A DNA stretch of 64,000 nt. Source: Centroscyllium fabricii. Taxonomy: Eukaryota. Below are positions 11,189 through 24,264 of the stretch, in pieces (the first letter of the stretch is position 1; each line of letters begins with the position of its first letter). Under the pieces are notes generated by a model, which made no database searches, had not been told where the DNA came from, and saw nothing but the letters and a program-made list of their open reading frames with translations. Location of the stretch: NCBI GenBank assembly GCA_051313645.2, contig JBNRSN020000030.1, positions 37,944,001-38,008,000 on the forward strand. Reading direction: 5' to 3'. The translations under genes were made by a program, and so were the position numbers.

Positions 11189-13020
11189 AATAAATAGAGG
11201 TATCCAATGCAAAAGTAGAGAAGTTATGCTGAACCTTAATAAAGCAGTGGTTAGGCCGCAACTTGAGTGCTGCATCCAGATCTGCTCACCACACTTTGGA
11301 AAGGATGTGAAGGCACTTGAGAGGGTGCAGTGGCGATTTACCAGAATGATCGCGGTGTTGAGGGATCTTAGCTACAATTACAGGCCGGAGAAGCTGCAAT
11401 TGTTTTCATTACAGCAGAAACAACTTGTATTTATATTTCGTCTTTAACATAGTAAAGCGATCCAAGGCACGGCACAGGAGTATTTAAGGCATATTATGTA
11501 ATGGGGTGAATTGATAGAGGTTTACAACATTAGGATGAGTTTGGATAACCTAGACGGGGAATGACTGTTTCCACTAGTTGATATTAAATGGACTAAGGGA
11601 GGCAGAGTTAAGATATTGGGCAAGAGATACAGGGGAGGTGTTAGGAAAACTGAACTTGCGCTGCAAGTGGTGAGGACCTGGAACTCGCTGCCGACGGAAG
11701 TGGTGGAAATGGAGACATTCAATGTTTTCAAGTGGACAATGGATAGAAACAAGACGGAAACAAACCTACCAGGCTCCAGGGATAGAATGGGGTAATGGGA
11801 CTGACTGGATCGCTCTACAGAGAGCCAGCACGGACTCGCTGGGCCGAATGGCCTCATTCTGTGCCATTATGATTCTTTTACTATGAACTATTGAGTAGTG
11901 ATAATGGTGAACTGCAACTGCCCTAATATGGTGGAGAATCAAGCTAAATATAGCATGTTCAGAGGAGAAGTGAAAAGGAAAGTAAGAGGGACAAAGAGTG
12001 GGTGTGAGAATGGGATGGCAGCTAGCAAAAAAGGCAAGCCAAAAGTCTTCTGTAGGCATATATTACCAAGTTAAACCACACTAGGTTAGTGGCACAGTGA
12101 GTCGTGTGGTTGGGAGCAGGACATTGAAAAAGGATACAGATTGAGTGGGCAAAATCAGAGGCATCTGATTCAAAAGATTCGCGACTTGGAAAGGATCTGT
12201 GTCCAATGTTCTTTTAATATCAACTAGTGGGACCGGCATTTCTCCGGCTCGCCTATCCAAACTCATCCTAATGTAGTACACCTCTATCAAATAAGCTCCG
12301 TTGTCTTAAAATACTCCTCTGCCACGCCTTGGGACGTTTTATTTTGTTATAGGCGCTATGTAAATAAAAGTTGTTGTGGCAATGAAAACACATGCAGATA
12401 CTCCAGCCTGTCCTTGAAGCTAAGCTTCCCCATCACAGCGATTATTCTGGTAAATCTCCACTGACCCCTCTGAGGGCCTTCACATCCTTCCTAAAGTGTG
12501 GTGACCAGATCTGGATGCAATGATCTAGTTGCGGTCTGACCTGTGCTTAGAAAGGTTCAGAATAACTTCTCTACTTTTGTATACAATACCTCTATTTATG
12601 AAACCCAAGATCCCATACGTGTTCTTATCCACTCTCTCCACAGGTCCTGCCAACTTCAAGGACCTATGCACAAAAACTCCCAGGTACATCTGTCCCTGCA
12701 CACTCTTTAAATCTGTGCCATTATGTGTATATTGCCTCTCACTGTTTCTTCTGCCAAAATGCATCATCTCACATTTCATTGAAGTAAATTCCATCTGCAC
12801 ATTGTCTGCCACTCCGCGAGCCTTTCTATGACCTGCTGCAGTCGATCGGTATTATCCTCACTGTGTAATACACCCCCAAGTTTGGTGCCCTCGAAATATT
12901 TAGAAATTCTATTCAGTGTTACAATATCCAGGCCATTTCTAATCATCACCTAAGTCATGGCACCAGCACTGACACTTGTGGAACAACACTGTCCGCCATC
13001 ATAGAGTGTGAAAAACAGCC

Positions 13021-13866
13021 ATTCAATTCAATTCAATTCAGTTCAATTTTATTGTCATTGCAGAGTACCAGTACAATACCACGAAACAAAGACTCGCGGC
13101 TCCCAGAAGTAGTGCAAATAAGTTAACATAAATTGCATACAATAAAGTAAATTTCAGGTGTGCAGATAGTGGAGCTTTTTGTTAGAGTTCAGGAGACTGA
13201 CAGCCCTGGGGAAGAAGCTGTTCTTGAATCTAGTCGTGCGGGTGTAAGTTGATCTGCAGCGTCTCCCGGAGGGCAGGGGGTCGAACAGACTACAGCTGGG
13301 GTGTGTGGGGTCTTTAACAATGTTCTGAGACCTCCGTAGGCAGCGTTTGAGGTAGGTGCATTCAATTGACGGTAGCTGGGTGCTGGTGATTCTTTGGGCA
13401 GTTTTGACTACCTGCTGCAGGGCTTTCCGGTCCGAGGTGGTGCAGTTTCCATACCAGACTGTGATGCAGCTTGTCAGTATGCTTTCGATTGTGCAGCGGG
13501 AGAAGTTGGTGAGGATGCCGGATGACAGTTTGGCTTTTTTCAGATTCCTGAGGAAATACAGGTGCAGTTGGGCCTTCTTTATCAGGGAGGAGGTGTTTAG
13601 TAACCAGGAGTGGACCCCGAGGAACTTGAAGCTGGACACACTTTCCATCTCAGCCCCTTGGATGAAGATGGGGCTCTGTCTTCTGCTTTTAGTCTTCTGG
13701 ACGTCCACTATGATCTCCTTGGTTTTCTTGGTGTTCAGTGCCAGGTTGTTGTCGGCACACCATCCCACCAGGCGCTGAATCTCATCCCTGTAGGTTTAAT
13801 CATCATTGTTGGTGATCTGGCCAACCACCGTGGTGTCATCCGCAAACGTGATGACCATGTTGGAGC
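13021..13866 (-). mobile_element. Rex1/Babar non-LTR retrotransposon, 5'-truncated
   Basis: FADDTTVVG, then ORF 13154..13768 WCADNNLALNTKKTKEIIVD...SSFKFLGVH...LYFLRNLKK...RFKNSFFPRAV; AATAAA plus (TGAAT)n tail on the minus strand. Confidence 0.88.
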
Positions 13867-15495
13867 CACAACTCGCTGTTTTCTATCCTTAAGCCAATTC
13901 CATATCCAAGCTGCCACTGATCCACCTATTCCATGAGCCACAATTTTGTTAACCAGCCTTCTATGTGGTAATTTGTCAAACGCCTTACTAAGATCCATGC
14001 TGCCAACATCCATTGCATTCCCTGCCGTGCAATCGTAAGCAAAAATCCCCATTGTTTAAATTATTTTGGAAGCAAGGTCATTGCTGTACCAGCTGAAGAT
14101 CGTGGGGACTAGGACACTGCCTTGCATAGAACCCTCATGAATTTGAAGAACTCTATCAGATCTCCTCGCAATCTTCTCTGTTCTAAGGAGAAGAACGACA
14201 ACTTCTCCAGTCTACCCAAGTAACCGAAGTCGCTCATTCACGGAAACCTGCTTGTAAATCTTTACTGCCATTACATCCTTCATAAAATGTTCTCCCCAGA
14301 ATCCACCAGCTGAGGCCTCAGCAGTGATCTATAACGGATTAGCATTACTGCCTTGCTGTTGTAATCTATTGCTCTATTAATAAAGCCAAGTATCCTGTGT
14401 GCTTTTTAAAAGCCTTCTCAACTTGTCCCGCCACCTTCAAAGATAGAGAAATATTTGGTAAATCTAGGTCTCTGTTCCTGCACACGATTTAAATTCGTAT
14501 CATTTAGTTTATATTGCCTCAGTTCATTCTTCTCCGAAAACTGGATCACTTCACATTTCTCTGTGTTAAATTACCTCGGCTATTCCTCTGACCATTTCAC
14601 CAGTCTGTAGATGTCCTCATGAAATCTGTTACATTCCGTGTCATTATTTAATACATTGCAGAGTTCCTTGCTACATGCACATTTTGAAATTATGCCGAGT
14701 ATACAGTAGTCCAGGTCCTTAATATATATCGAAAGGAGCAGGGGTCCTAATACCGACCCCTGGGGAACACCTCTCTATACTTCCCTCCAGTTTGAAAATT
14801 AACGGTTCACCAATATTTACAATTAACACACGAACTCATGATCGTACTCATTCTATAAACACCCAGTTATACAGGAACAGCAGACCCATACACACAACAA
14901 CAAATACACCTTGCATTTATATAGTGCCTTTAAAGTATTAAAACGTTCCAAGCCGCTTCACTGGAGCGATTCTCAGACAGAATTTGACACCGAGACACAT
15001 AAGGAGATATTAGGACAGGTGACCGAAAGCTTGGTCCAAGTTGTAGATTTTAAGGAGCGTCTTAAAGGAGGAAAAAGAGGCGGAGAGGTTCAGGGAGGGA
15101 ACTCCATAGCTTCGGGCCTCGGCTCACACACCCACACTTTATATTTTAACACCGCCTTCTGCCAGTCCTGAATAGTGTTTCCCGCATCAAGCTAATTTGA
15201 TTTTCAGAAGCTGCTCAACCTGTTTGAATGTTGAGCAGTTTCCCAGTTGATTTCCCTGTGATGTGATGATTGTCGGGGCTCGGTGCGGGTAATTGGATTT
15301 GCTGCAGTCCGCCGGCAGCAGGTGGTGAAACCGGGCGGGAGACGGTGAGTGACAGGTGAGCGCTGCTTCTGATGCTGACTGACACCCGGTGAGAGTGGGC
15401 GGGGATTTGAAAGCCCTTAAATTAATCCAAGGCAGGAGGAAGGAAACTGTGTTTGAGGAACCTGCAAATACAAAAACAGCCAGGGTTAGGCCGTG

Positions 15496-15567
15496 GGCAT
15501 CGTGGCGCAACGGTAGCGCGTCTGACTCCAGATCAGAAGGCTGTGTGTTCAAATCACGTCGGGGTCA
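15496..15567 (+). tRNA. tRNA-Trp(CCA), near-intact (A4:G69 mismatch; possibly a pseudogene)
   Basis: GGCATCGTGGCGCAACGGTAGCGCGTCTGACTCCAGATCAGAAGGCTGTGTGTTCAAATCACGTCGGGGTCA, 72 nt; D and anticodon arms intact. Confidence 0.75.
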
Positions 15568-16389
15568 TGTTTATACTAAATAATCTCGGAGTTCTAATTT
15601 TCTTTGCTGTTCCACAATAACCTGATCCTTTCTCTAAAGTCGTTCCCACACATCCCCAATGCCGTTAAAGGTGGTAATATCTGCCGATATAAGACTCTTG
15701 GATTGCCTTTTATGTTATCTGTAATTCTATTCTCACAGCCTCTCTTTGCCCCTCTTAATTTGCATTTCCCTTCTCCTCTGAACTTTCTATATTTAGTCTG
15801 CTTCTCAGCTATATTAGATAGTTGAAGTCCCCGATTCTCACTTCTCTATAGTTCATAGTCAAAGAGTCATAACGGCATCGAGTCTGTGCTGGCCTTCTGT
15901 AGAGTAATCCACTCAGTCCCATCTCCCGCTCTATCCCCGTAATCTGCTAAGTTAATTTCCCTCAAGTGCCTATCCATTATTCACTTGAAAACAATTATTG
16001 TCTCCGTTTGCACCACTTCCGTCGGCAGGGAAATCCAGGTCCGCACTGCTCGTTGGGTAAAAAGAAGTTTTCCTAACGTCCAATCTGTACCTCTTGCCCA
16101 ATACCTTAAATCTGTTTCCCCATGGTATTTAATATCAACTCGTGGGACCTGCTTTTCCACGCCTAACCTAACTAACTCATCATAATGTAGTAGACCTCTA
16201 TCAAATCACCCCCTTAGCTCCTTAGTCTTAGAATACTCTTATGTAGCGCCTTGGGACGTTTTATTATGTTAATAGCGCTATGTAAATACAAGTTGGTGTT
16301 AAAATGAAAGCAAATTCCGCTTCTCCAGCCTGTCTTTTTATCGAAGATTCCCCATCACAGCGATCATCCTAGTGAATCTCCACTGTACC

Positions 16390-16954
16390 TGTTCTAGACC
16401 TGGAACATGCCGACAGCGACGTCGAGTGGCAAATGTTGCTAGTACTCCCGAATGACAGTCTTGTAAAGCAATGTGTCCTTTGACCTTCGACCTCTCAGCA
16501 ACAGCAAGTAGTTTTGGAGGTAGTTTGCTGTGTTATAAGCCAGAGCCAGCAGCGTAGTCCGGCTTCAGGAATCTAATGACATCTCCTTTCATGTGTTAGG
16601 CAAGACACAATGTCTGTGAGTATCCTTGTTTAATAGTATACAAACGACATTGTACATACTATATTTTCTTGATACTTTGTAAATAAGTAGTTTCTTAGCT
16701 GCCAGATGTTAATGATCGGCCTCAATGCTGTTTATTTCTATAGTTATATATTTATCTATATTACGCAGTCTTCTGCTTCTATAGACATTTTTGTTGCATC
16801 TTGTATAGCACCCAGTGTATAGTATTTATCTTTATGTAAAGAAAATATTTTGTTACCGTTTCACAATTTTATTCGAGTAAAGCTTCAAACAGACATGAGC
16901 TTTCTCTCGAGAAATTATTTGAATAAGTGTTTAGCTGGCTGGATAAGCTAGACA
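16390..16954. mobile_element. Solo LTR type A (right end removed by the CR1 insertion)
   Basis: Starts GTACC|TGTTCTAG; homologous to 53386-53972. Confidence 0.65.
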
Positions 16955-18139
16955 CTTTAGCTTTTGATAAAGTCCCACATAGGAGACTAATAACAAAGGT
17001 TAGAGCGCACGGGATACAGGGTAACTTGGCACAGTGGATCGAAAATTGGCTGGGGGATAGGAGACAAAGGGTAATGGTAGAGGGCTGCTTCTGTGACTGG
17101 AAACCAGTAACCAGTGGCGTCCCCCAAGGATCGGTTTTGGGACCCTTACTGTTTCTAGTATACATCAACGATTTGGATATGGGAGTAGGGGGTACGATCA
17201 GCAAATTCGCTGATGATACGAAAATCGGAAGGGTGGTAAACAACGATGAGGATAGTAAGGGGCTTCAGGAGGATATAGATATAATGGTTAATTGGGCAGA
17301 AAAATGGCAAATGGAGTTCAACCCAGAGAAATGCGAGGTCATTCAATTCGGTAGACCAAATGGGGTAAGGGAATATACCATGAACAACAAAACGTTAAAT
17401 AGGACCGAGGAACAGAGGGACCTGGGGGTACAGGTGCACAGCTCCCTGAAGGTTGCTGGACACGTTAACAAGGTAGTTAAGAAGGCATACGGAATTCTCG
17501 CCTTTATTAACCAGGGCATAGTATACAAAAGTAGGGAGGTAATGTTAAACTTGTATAACACACTGGTGAGACCTCAGCTGGAGTACTGTGTGCAGTTCTA
17601 GTCACCGCACTACAGGAAGGATGTGGCTGCCCTGGAGAGGGTGCAGAGAAGGTTTACCAGGATGATACCTGGTCTGGGGGACCTGTGCTACGAGGAAAGG
17701 CTGGACAGGCTGGGGTTGTTTGCCTTGGAGAAGAGAAGGTGGAGGGGTGACATGATTGAGGTGTACAAGATCATGAGGGGACACGATAGGGTAGACAAAG
17801 GTGCATTGTTTCCCCTGGTGGGAGAGTCAAGCACTAGGGGACATAGATTCAAGATCAGGGGGGGGAGGTTTAGGGGGGAGGTAAGGAGAAATTTCTTTAC
17901 CCAGAGGGTGGTGGAAGACTGGAGCTCCCTGCCTGTGAGGGTGGTGGAGGCAGGAAACATCACAACATTTAAAAAATACTTGGACCAGCACATGAAGGAC
18001 CATAACATACAGGGTTATGGGCCAAGTGCGGGAAACTGGGGTTAGTACAGTGAGGAGTTTTTCTGGGCCGGTGCGGACTGGATGGGCCGAATGGCCCTTA
18101 TCCGCACTGTAAAATTTCTATGATTCTATGATTCTATGA
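16955..18139 (+). mobile_element. Young 5'-truncated CR1 LINE (ORF2 RT C-terminal part, one TGG>TAG stop)
   Basis: AFDKVPH, SGVPQGSVLGPLLF, KFADDTKI, YCVQF*SP; (ATTCTATG)n tail; unique to this unit; ~27 bp of target deleted relative to other units. Confidence 0.93.
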
Positions 18140-20085
18140 GTACCCTCTAACGGCCTTCACATCCTTCCCAAAGTGTGGTGACCTGATCTGATGCAGTAAT
18201 CTGCTGGCGGCCTGACCGGAGTTTTATAAACAATCAGAATAACTTCTCTACTTTTGTACTCAATACCTCTATTTATGAAGCCCAATATCCCATATGCTTT
18301 GTTAACCGCTATCTCCACATGTCCTGCCACCTTCAAGGACCTATGCACATTAACACCCAGGCACAACTGTCCCTGCACAGTCTTTTAAACTGTGCCGTTA
18401 TGTGCATATTGCCTTTCACTGTTTCTTCTGATAAAATGCTTCATCTCTCACTTCTCTGTAGTAAATTCTATCTGCTACTTGTCTGCCATTCCGCGAGCCT
18501 TTCTATGTCCTGCTGCAGTAGATTGTTATTATCCTCACTCTGTGTTACTCCCCCAAGATTGTTGCAGTCAGCATATTTTGAAATGTTGCTCTGTAGTCAA
18601 ATATCCAAGCCATTTATAAATATCACAAAAGTCATGTCACCAGCACTGACTCTTGGTTGGGAAACACCACTGTCTACCATCATCTAGTGTGCCAAACTGG
18701 AATTTACAACAACTCGCTGTTTTCCATCCTTAAGCACATTCCTTACTCAAGCTGCCACTGACCCATGTATTCCCTGAACCTCAATTTTGTTAACCAGCCC
18801 TATGGTAATTTGTCAAACGCTTGACTAAAATCCTTGTCGAGAACCTCCATTGCATTCCCTTCTATGCAGCCTTCAGCGAACATCCCCATTTTTGAAATTA
18901 TTTTGAAAATAAGGTCATTGCTGAACCAGCTGAAGATCGTTGGGACAAGGACACCGCATTGTATAGACTCCTCATGAATGTAAAGAACTCTATCAGATCT
19001 CCTCGCAATCTTCTCTGTTCTAATGTGAACAACAACAACTTCTCCATTCTACCCAAGTAACTGAAGTCCCTCATTCCCCGGAACCTGCTTGTAAATCTTT
19101 ACTGCCATTACATCCTCCTAAAATGTTGCACCCAGAATCCACCAGCTGAGGCCTCAGCAGTGATGTATGACGGATTAGCATTACTGCCTTGCTGTTGTAA
19201 TCTATTGCTCTATTAATAAAGCCAAGCAAGTATCCCGTGTGATTTTTAAAAGACTTCTCAACTTGTCCCGCCACCTTCAAAGATAGAGAAAACTTTTGTA
19301 AATCCAGGTCTCTCTGTTCCTGTACACGATCTAAAATTGTGTCATTTAGTTTATATTGCCTCAGTTCATTCTTTCTCTAAAACTGGATCACTTCATATTT
19401 CTCTGTGTTAAATTACATCGGCTATGCCCGTGGCCATTTCCCCACTCTTTCCCTGTCCTCATGAAGTCTGTTACTTTCCGTGTCATTATTTACTACATTT
19501 ATGAGTTTCCTGCCATTTGCAAACTTTGAAACTATGCAAACGCGTTTCACAGGAGCGATTCACAGACAGAATTTGACACCGAGCCACATAAGGGGATATA
19601 AGGACAGGTGACCGAAAGCTTGGACAAAGTTGTAGATTTTACGGAGCGTCTTAAAGGAGGAAAGAGAGGCGGAGAGTTTCAGGGAGTGAACTCCAGAGCT
19701 TCGGGACTCGGCTCACACACCCACACTTTATATTTTTACACCGCCTTCTGCCAGTTCTGAATATTGTTTCCCGCCGCAAGTTTAATTGATTTTCAAAAGC
19801 TGCTCGACGTGTGGTGTATTTTGAGCAGTTTCCCAGTTTATTTCCCTGTGATGTGATGATTGTGGGGGCTCGGTGCGGGTAATTGGATTTGCTGCAGTCC
19901 GCCGGCAGCAGGTGTTGAAAGCGGGCGGGAGACGATGAGTGACAGGTGAGCGCTGCTTCTGATGCTGTCTGACACCCGGTGGGAGTGGGTGGGAATTTTA
20001 AAGGTCTTTCATTACACCAAGGCAAGAGGATGGAAACTGTGTTTGAGGAACGTGCATATATAAAAACATGCATGGTGATGATGTG

Positions 20086-20157
20086 GACATCGTGACACAA
20101 CGGCAGCGCGTCTGACTCCAGATCGCGAGGCTGTGTGTTCAAATCACGTCGGTGTCA
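20086..20157 (+). pseudogene. tRNA-Trp(CCA) pseudogene
   Basis: GACATCG/CGGTGTC acceptor is paired, but the D stem (ACAC) and anticodon stem (TCGCG) are broken. Confidence 0.88.
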
Positions 20158-20423
20158 TTATTATACTAGATTATCACGGAGTTATAATTTTTTTGCAGTT
20201 TCAGAATAACCTGATTATTTCTCTAAAATCATTCTCACTGTTTCCCCAGTGTCAGGGAGAGAAGCGCCTGATGCTCTCATGTATTTAATTTTACTAATTC
20301 ACAAATACAGGTGTTCGTTCAAAATCAACCTGCAGGTGGCCACACATACACTAAGCAGAGCCAGAGAGACAGACAGAATCGGGAAACACCGGGAAATAGG
20401 CAAGAGATATCGACAAGCAGAAC

Positions 20424-20667
20424 TTTCCGAGACCAGAACCTGTCATTATTGATGAAGAACTGGAGCCTGTCCCAAAAAACTATCAGCACAGAGCTGGATA
20501 TACTGGGGTTATCAATGATTGCTGATATTACCAGCCCACCTGTCCTCTCTCGAAACTTGGTTCTACCCATAGCCCCGAATAAAGAAGGTAATGACGTGGG
20601 GAGTGGATTACCTGAAGAAACTGAAGATGAGAACTCTGCCTCTCAGATTGCTGGAAAGATGCCGTAA
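20424..20667 (+). pseudogene. INTS14: INTS14 coding fragment, frameshifted
   Basis: FPRPEPVIIDEELEPVPK/TISTELDILG...ITSPPVLSRNLVLPIAPNKEG...QIAGKMP*. Confidence 0.85.
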
Positions 20668-21476
20668 TTTTGAGTCTAAATGCGCTTTGCGATCAGAACA
20701 TTGCCTGAAGCCGTGTGGATAATGAAAGGGCTTTTGAAACTTGATTTCCTTACACACCTTGGAATTCAGGAAAACCTAGTTCGTGGTTTGCAGAACAAGT
20801 TAAACATCTGGAACTGAGTTAGCAGATGCCTGTCTGCAATCAGCGCCTAAGACTTTCAAAGTGATCAGACCCGGCGAGCTCAGTCGGCAGAGTGTGAGAC
20901 TCTTAATGTCATGTTCCTTGTTTCCAGGCCCATGTTGGGCGAAATAATTTTGTTGAACTTTTATGTTGCTTTCACGGGAAAGTGTCATCAATTAACCAAT
21001 AATCTTCTTTCGCACAATGGAAGAAATGCTAACTGAGGGAGATTCGACATTTCAGTAATTTGGACTTTTGCCCATATCTCATTTTACAAACTGTACTTTA
21101 GGAGTCTCGTTTAAACATGTGCATTGCTGAAGACACCAGGAATCTGGGCAACTTTGGTCAAATTTACCAGGACCGGTTATTTACATTTGTACAGAAAATA
21201 CAATCAGCCGAGTACATAAAATCCCATTGTGCTGAATTTCAGATTCAACGAATTCAGCTTTAAATTAAGGTCAAAATATTTTACAGTGAAAATATATGGA
21301 AGTAAATGTTACTCGTATTTGTGCTTTTAATTACAGTTTGTGTCGTCTGACTCCCGCTCTTGTCTCTTGTTCCTCTGTTGAGTAAGAAAGGATGGTCTTG
21401 AGTTTGACCAGACTGCACTGGCCCTGATATTTGTGAGCTCATCCTTTATATTGAGCGGTTTCACGGTCGTTGATCG

Positions 21477-21565
21477 ACGTCAGCTTTAGCTCAGCGGTTA
21501 CTTCGCAGCATCAACTTCATTGTAAGTTCGAGCCCTGTCGCACCGCAGGCGCTGTCTGGCGTTTT
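21477..21565 (+). ncRNA. Vault RNA gene copy 2
   Basis: ACGTCAGCTTTAGCTCAGCGGTTACTTCG...GTTCGAGCCC...CCGCAGGCGCTGTCTGGCGTTTT: vault 5' signature with box A, box B, terminal stem ACGTCAG/CTGGCGT and T4 terminator. Confidence 0.9.
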
Positions 21566-22075
21566 AATTTTCATTTTCTGTTACACCGAAACAAATTGTA
21601 CGCATGATTTTAATTTAGCAGTGTGATATATTTAGAGGGCAACTTTAAACGATTCGCAACCCATTCATATCAGAACTGACACCAGGATCCACTTCCCTAT
21701 TATGGAATTAATTTGGTCTCACCGTTTTTATTTCATTAATGTGAAGTAATTTAATCAATTAATAGCCTGCATCTAATGTGATAAAATGAGAATTGATTTA
21801 ATAAGCAACAGTGAACCAATAACTTTCTTTTGCAAAATGAAATACATTTTCAAATGAGAGTAAATTCGCCACAGGACATGCAAGTTGCAACAAAATGTTT
21901 CCGCCAACGTGACAGCTGCTACTCTGCGGAAACCTCTCCACTTTCAGTACCAGATCAGATGGAAATGTCCAGCGAGCAGATGAACCGCTGAAACCCACTT
22001 TTGAGGGATGTCCCAAAGATTTCCACAGTGGCTTGCAAAACAAATGAGCTGCACCTTGTAATTAAATATAGAGAT

Positions 22076-22158
22076 GGTCATAAGTGGGATTGGCACCGAA
22101 GCTTCCTGAAGCGATTGCGATTTGAACGCAGCGCCTTAAAACGCTCGGCCACCCTGAC
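22076..22158 (-). pseudogene. tRNA-Leu pseudogene (CAG-type body, anticodon reads CAA)
   Basis: GTCAGGGTGGCCGAGCGTTTTAAGGCGCTGCGTTCAAATCGCAA...GGTGCCAATCCCACTTATGACC, 83 nt; B box destroyed. Confidence 0.85.
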
Positions 22159-22769
22159 TGCTGGTAAACCTATTTGCAAGTACTCAGTTCCGCATTTGAA
22201 ATGTTTCAGACCGGGTGCTTGTTCACTGCTGCTCGAAGGCTCAGTGACCGGGATATCATCTCCCCCGGGGATTTCCCGAGCCTGTGCTCAATTTATGGAG
22301 TGATTTGACCCGGGTCCGTGGTATCTTGCAGCCCAGCGATGGATAATTACTCTCTGAGCTCTGGTGCTCTCTGAGAACGAGAATTTCACGGGCTTGTCTA
22401 TGCGTCTGAAATGCAGCCTAGATCTGCTGGTATTAACCGAGGCCGCGGCTGCGAATGATGCATTTTTTCACGTTTATTCAGAGGAATTTCCACAGTCAGT
22501 AGCTGAAAAGGACCAAGCGCCGATATACTCAAGCCGAAAGATAAGAACAACTCTTCAATGTCTTTTCTTGCAGTTTGGTGGTTAATTGTTTTAATCGCAA
22601 TTCATTATCCGATAGCGTTCTTGCAGAATGAATGAAATGCTCACATTGAGGGATTATCCAAACTTCAATAACGTAACTTTAATAATTTATGAAAACGTAT
22701 TAATTAATGAAGTTTTAGCACCGATCCGATCTTAGATTCATTTCACTCAAATGATACTCTCGAACATAA

Positions 22770-22842
22770 TGTTCCCGCCCGGGATCGAACCGGTGATTTT
22801 TCGCGTGTAAAACGAACGTGATAACCGCTGCACTACGGAAAC
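22770..22842 (-). pseudogene. tRNA-Val(TAC), mutated (probable pseudogene)
   Basis: GTTTCCGTAGTGCAGCGGTTATCACGTTCGTTTTACACGCGAAAAATCACCGGTTCGATCCCGGGCGGGAACA; T-stem mismatch. Confidence 0.8.
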
Positions 22843-23098
22843 CTCTGGTACAAGCCGTCTCCAGAAATATCTGTTCAAGGAGAAGGTTATTAATTTGCCA
22901 TCAGTAACAACTCTCTGCCTAAAAAACTGCGCAAGTCAAACATGTTCCGTTCAATTTCATTGAAGTCCCGAAATCATCCAAATCTTCTCAATCAGATGCC
23001 TCTGATTTTGCCCACGGAATCTCTGTCCATTTGCCATTTTCTGCTTCCATCCACACGACTTACTGTGTCACTAACTTGGTGCCTATAAACGTGGTAAT

Positions 23099-24264
23099 TT
23101 TGTTTATATTCATTGATGGGATGTGGGCGTCGCTGGCTGGCTAGGCCTGCATTTAGTGCCCATCCCTAATTGCCTTTGAGAAGATGGTGGTGAGCCACCT
23201 TCTTGAACCGCTGCAGTCTATATGGTGTAGGTACACCCACAATATTGTTAGGAAGGGAGTTCCAGGATTTTGGCCCAGCGACAGTGAAGGAGCGGAGATA
23301 CAGGTCCAAGTCAGGATGGTGTGTGGCTTGGAGGGGAACTTGTAGGTGGTGCTGTTCCCATGCATCTGCTGCCCTTGTCCTTCTAAGTGGTAGAGGTCGC
23401 GGGTTTGGAAGGTGCTGTTGAAGGAGCTTTGGCGAGTTGCTGCAGTGCATCTTATAGATGGTACACACTGCAGCCACAGTGCGCCTGTGGTGGAGGGAGT
23501 GAATGTTGAAGGTGGTGGATGGAGTGCCAATCAAGTGGCCTGCTTTATCCTGAATGGTGTCGAGCTTCTTGAGTGTTGTTGGAGCTGCACTCATCCAGGC
23601 AAGTGGAGAGTATTCCATCACACTCCTGACTTGTGCCTTGTAGATGGTGGGAAGGATTTGGGGAGTCAGGAGGTGAGACACTCGACGCAGAATTCCCAGC
23701 CTCTGGCCTGCTCTTGTAGTCACAGTATTTATATGGCTGGTCCAGTTCAGTTTCCGATCAATGGTAACCCCCAGGATGTTGATAGTGGGGGATTCAGCGA
23801 TGATAATGCCATTGAATGTCAAGGGGAGATGGTTAGAGTCTCGCTTGTTGGAGATGGTCATTGCCTGGCACTTGTGTGGTGCGAATGTTACTTGCTACTT
23901 GTCAGCCCAAGTCTGAATGTTGTCCAGGTCTTGCTGCATATGGACACGAACTGCGTCAGTATCTGACGAGTTTCGAATGGTGCTGAACAGTGTGCAATCA
24001 TCAGCGAACAGCCCCACTTCTGAACATATGATGGAGGGAAGGTCATTGATGAAACAGCTGAAGATGGTTGGGCCTAGGACACTGCCCTGATGAACTCCTG
24101 CAGTGATGTCCTGTGGTTGAGATGAATGACCTCCAACAACCACAGCCAACTTCCTTTGTGCTAGGTATGATTCCAACCAATGGAGAGTTTCCCCCTTGAT
24201 TCCCATTGACTTCAGCTTTGCCAGGGCTCCTTGATGCCACACTCGATCAAATGCTGCCTTATGC
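23099..24264 (-). mobile_element. 5'-truncated CR1-clade LINE with 7-bp TSD
   Basis: AFDRVWHQG, QGSVLGP, FADDCTL, ...HHHLLKGN; TGGTAAT duplicated at 23092-23098 and 24265-24271; empty site at ~38127 and ~45008. Confidence 0.9.

Larger units (their letters stand above)
7430..12190 (-). repeat. Inverted, more diverged copy of the transposon-derived half of the repeat unit
   Basis: The same L2-tail/CR1 junctions and the gtgggcaaaatcagaggcatctgatt landmark occur in reverse orientation relative to the other units. Confidence 0.7.

Noticed and set aside
13021-13046. Short tandem repeats (ATTCA)n, also (AAGTC)n at 40742 and (ATTCTATG)n at 18115, as CRISPR-like or functional arrays
   Set aside because: These are ordinary 3' tails of non-LTR retroelements in a vertebrate genome; there are no spacers.
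21477-21565. Alternative reading of the 89-nt element as a tRNA or SINE head
   Set aside because: It has A and B boxes but no cloverleaf, SINE body, tail or TSD, and both ends match vault RNA signatures.
22200-22480. GC-rich conserved stretch between the Leu and Val genes as another ncRNA (Y RNA, 7SK, snRNA)
   Set aside because: No recognisable family signature or convincing box A/B arrangement by eye; conservation is explained by duplication. An Rfam scan could overturn this.
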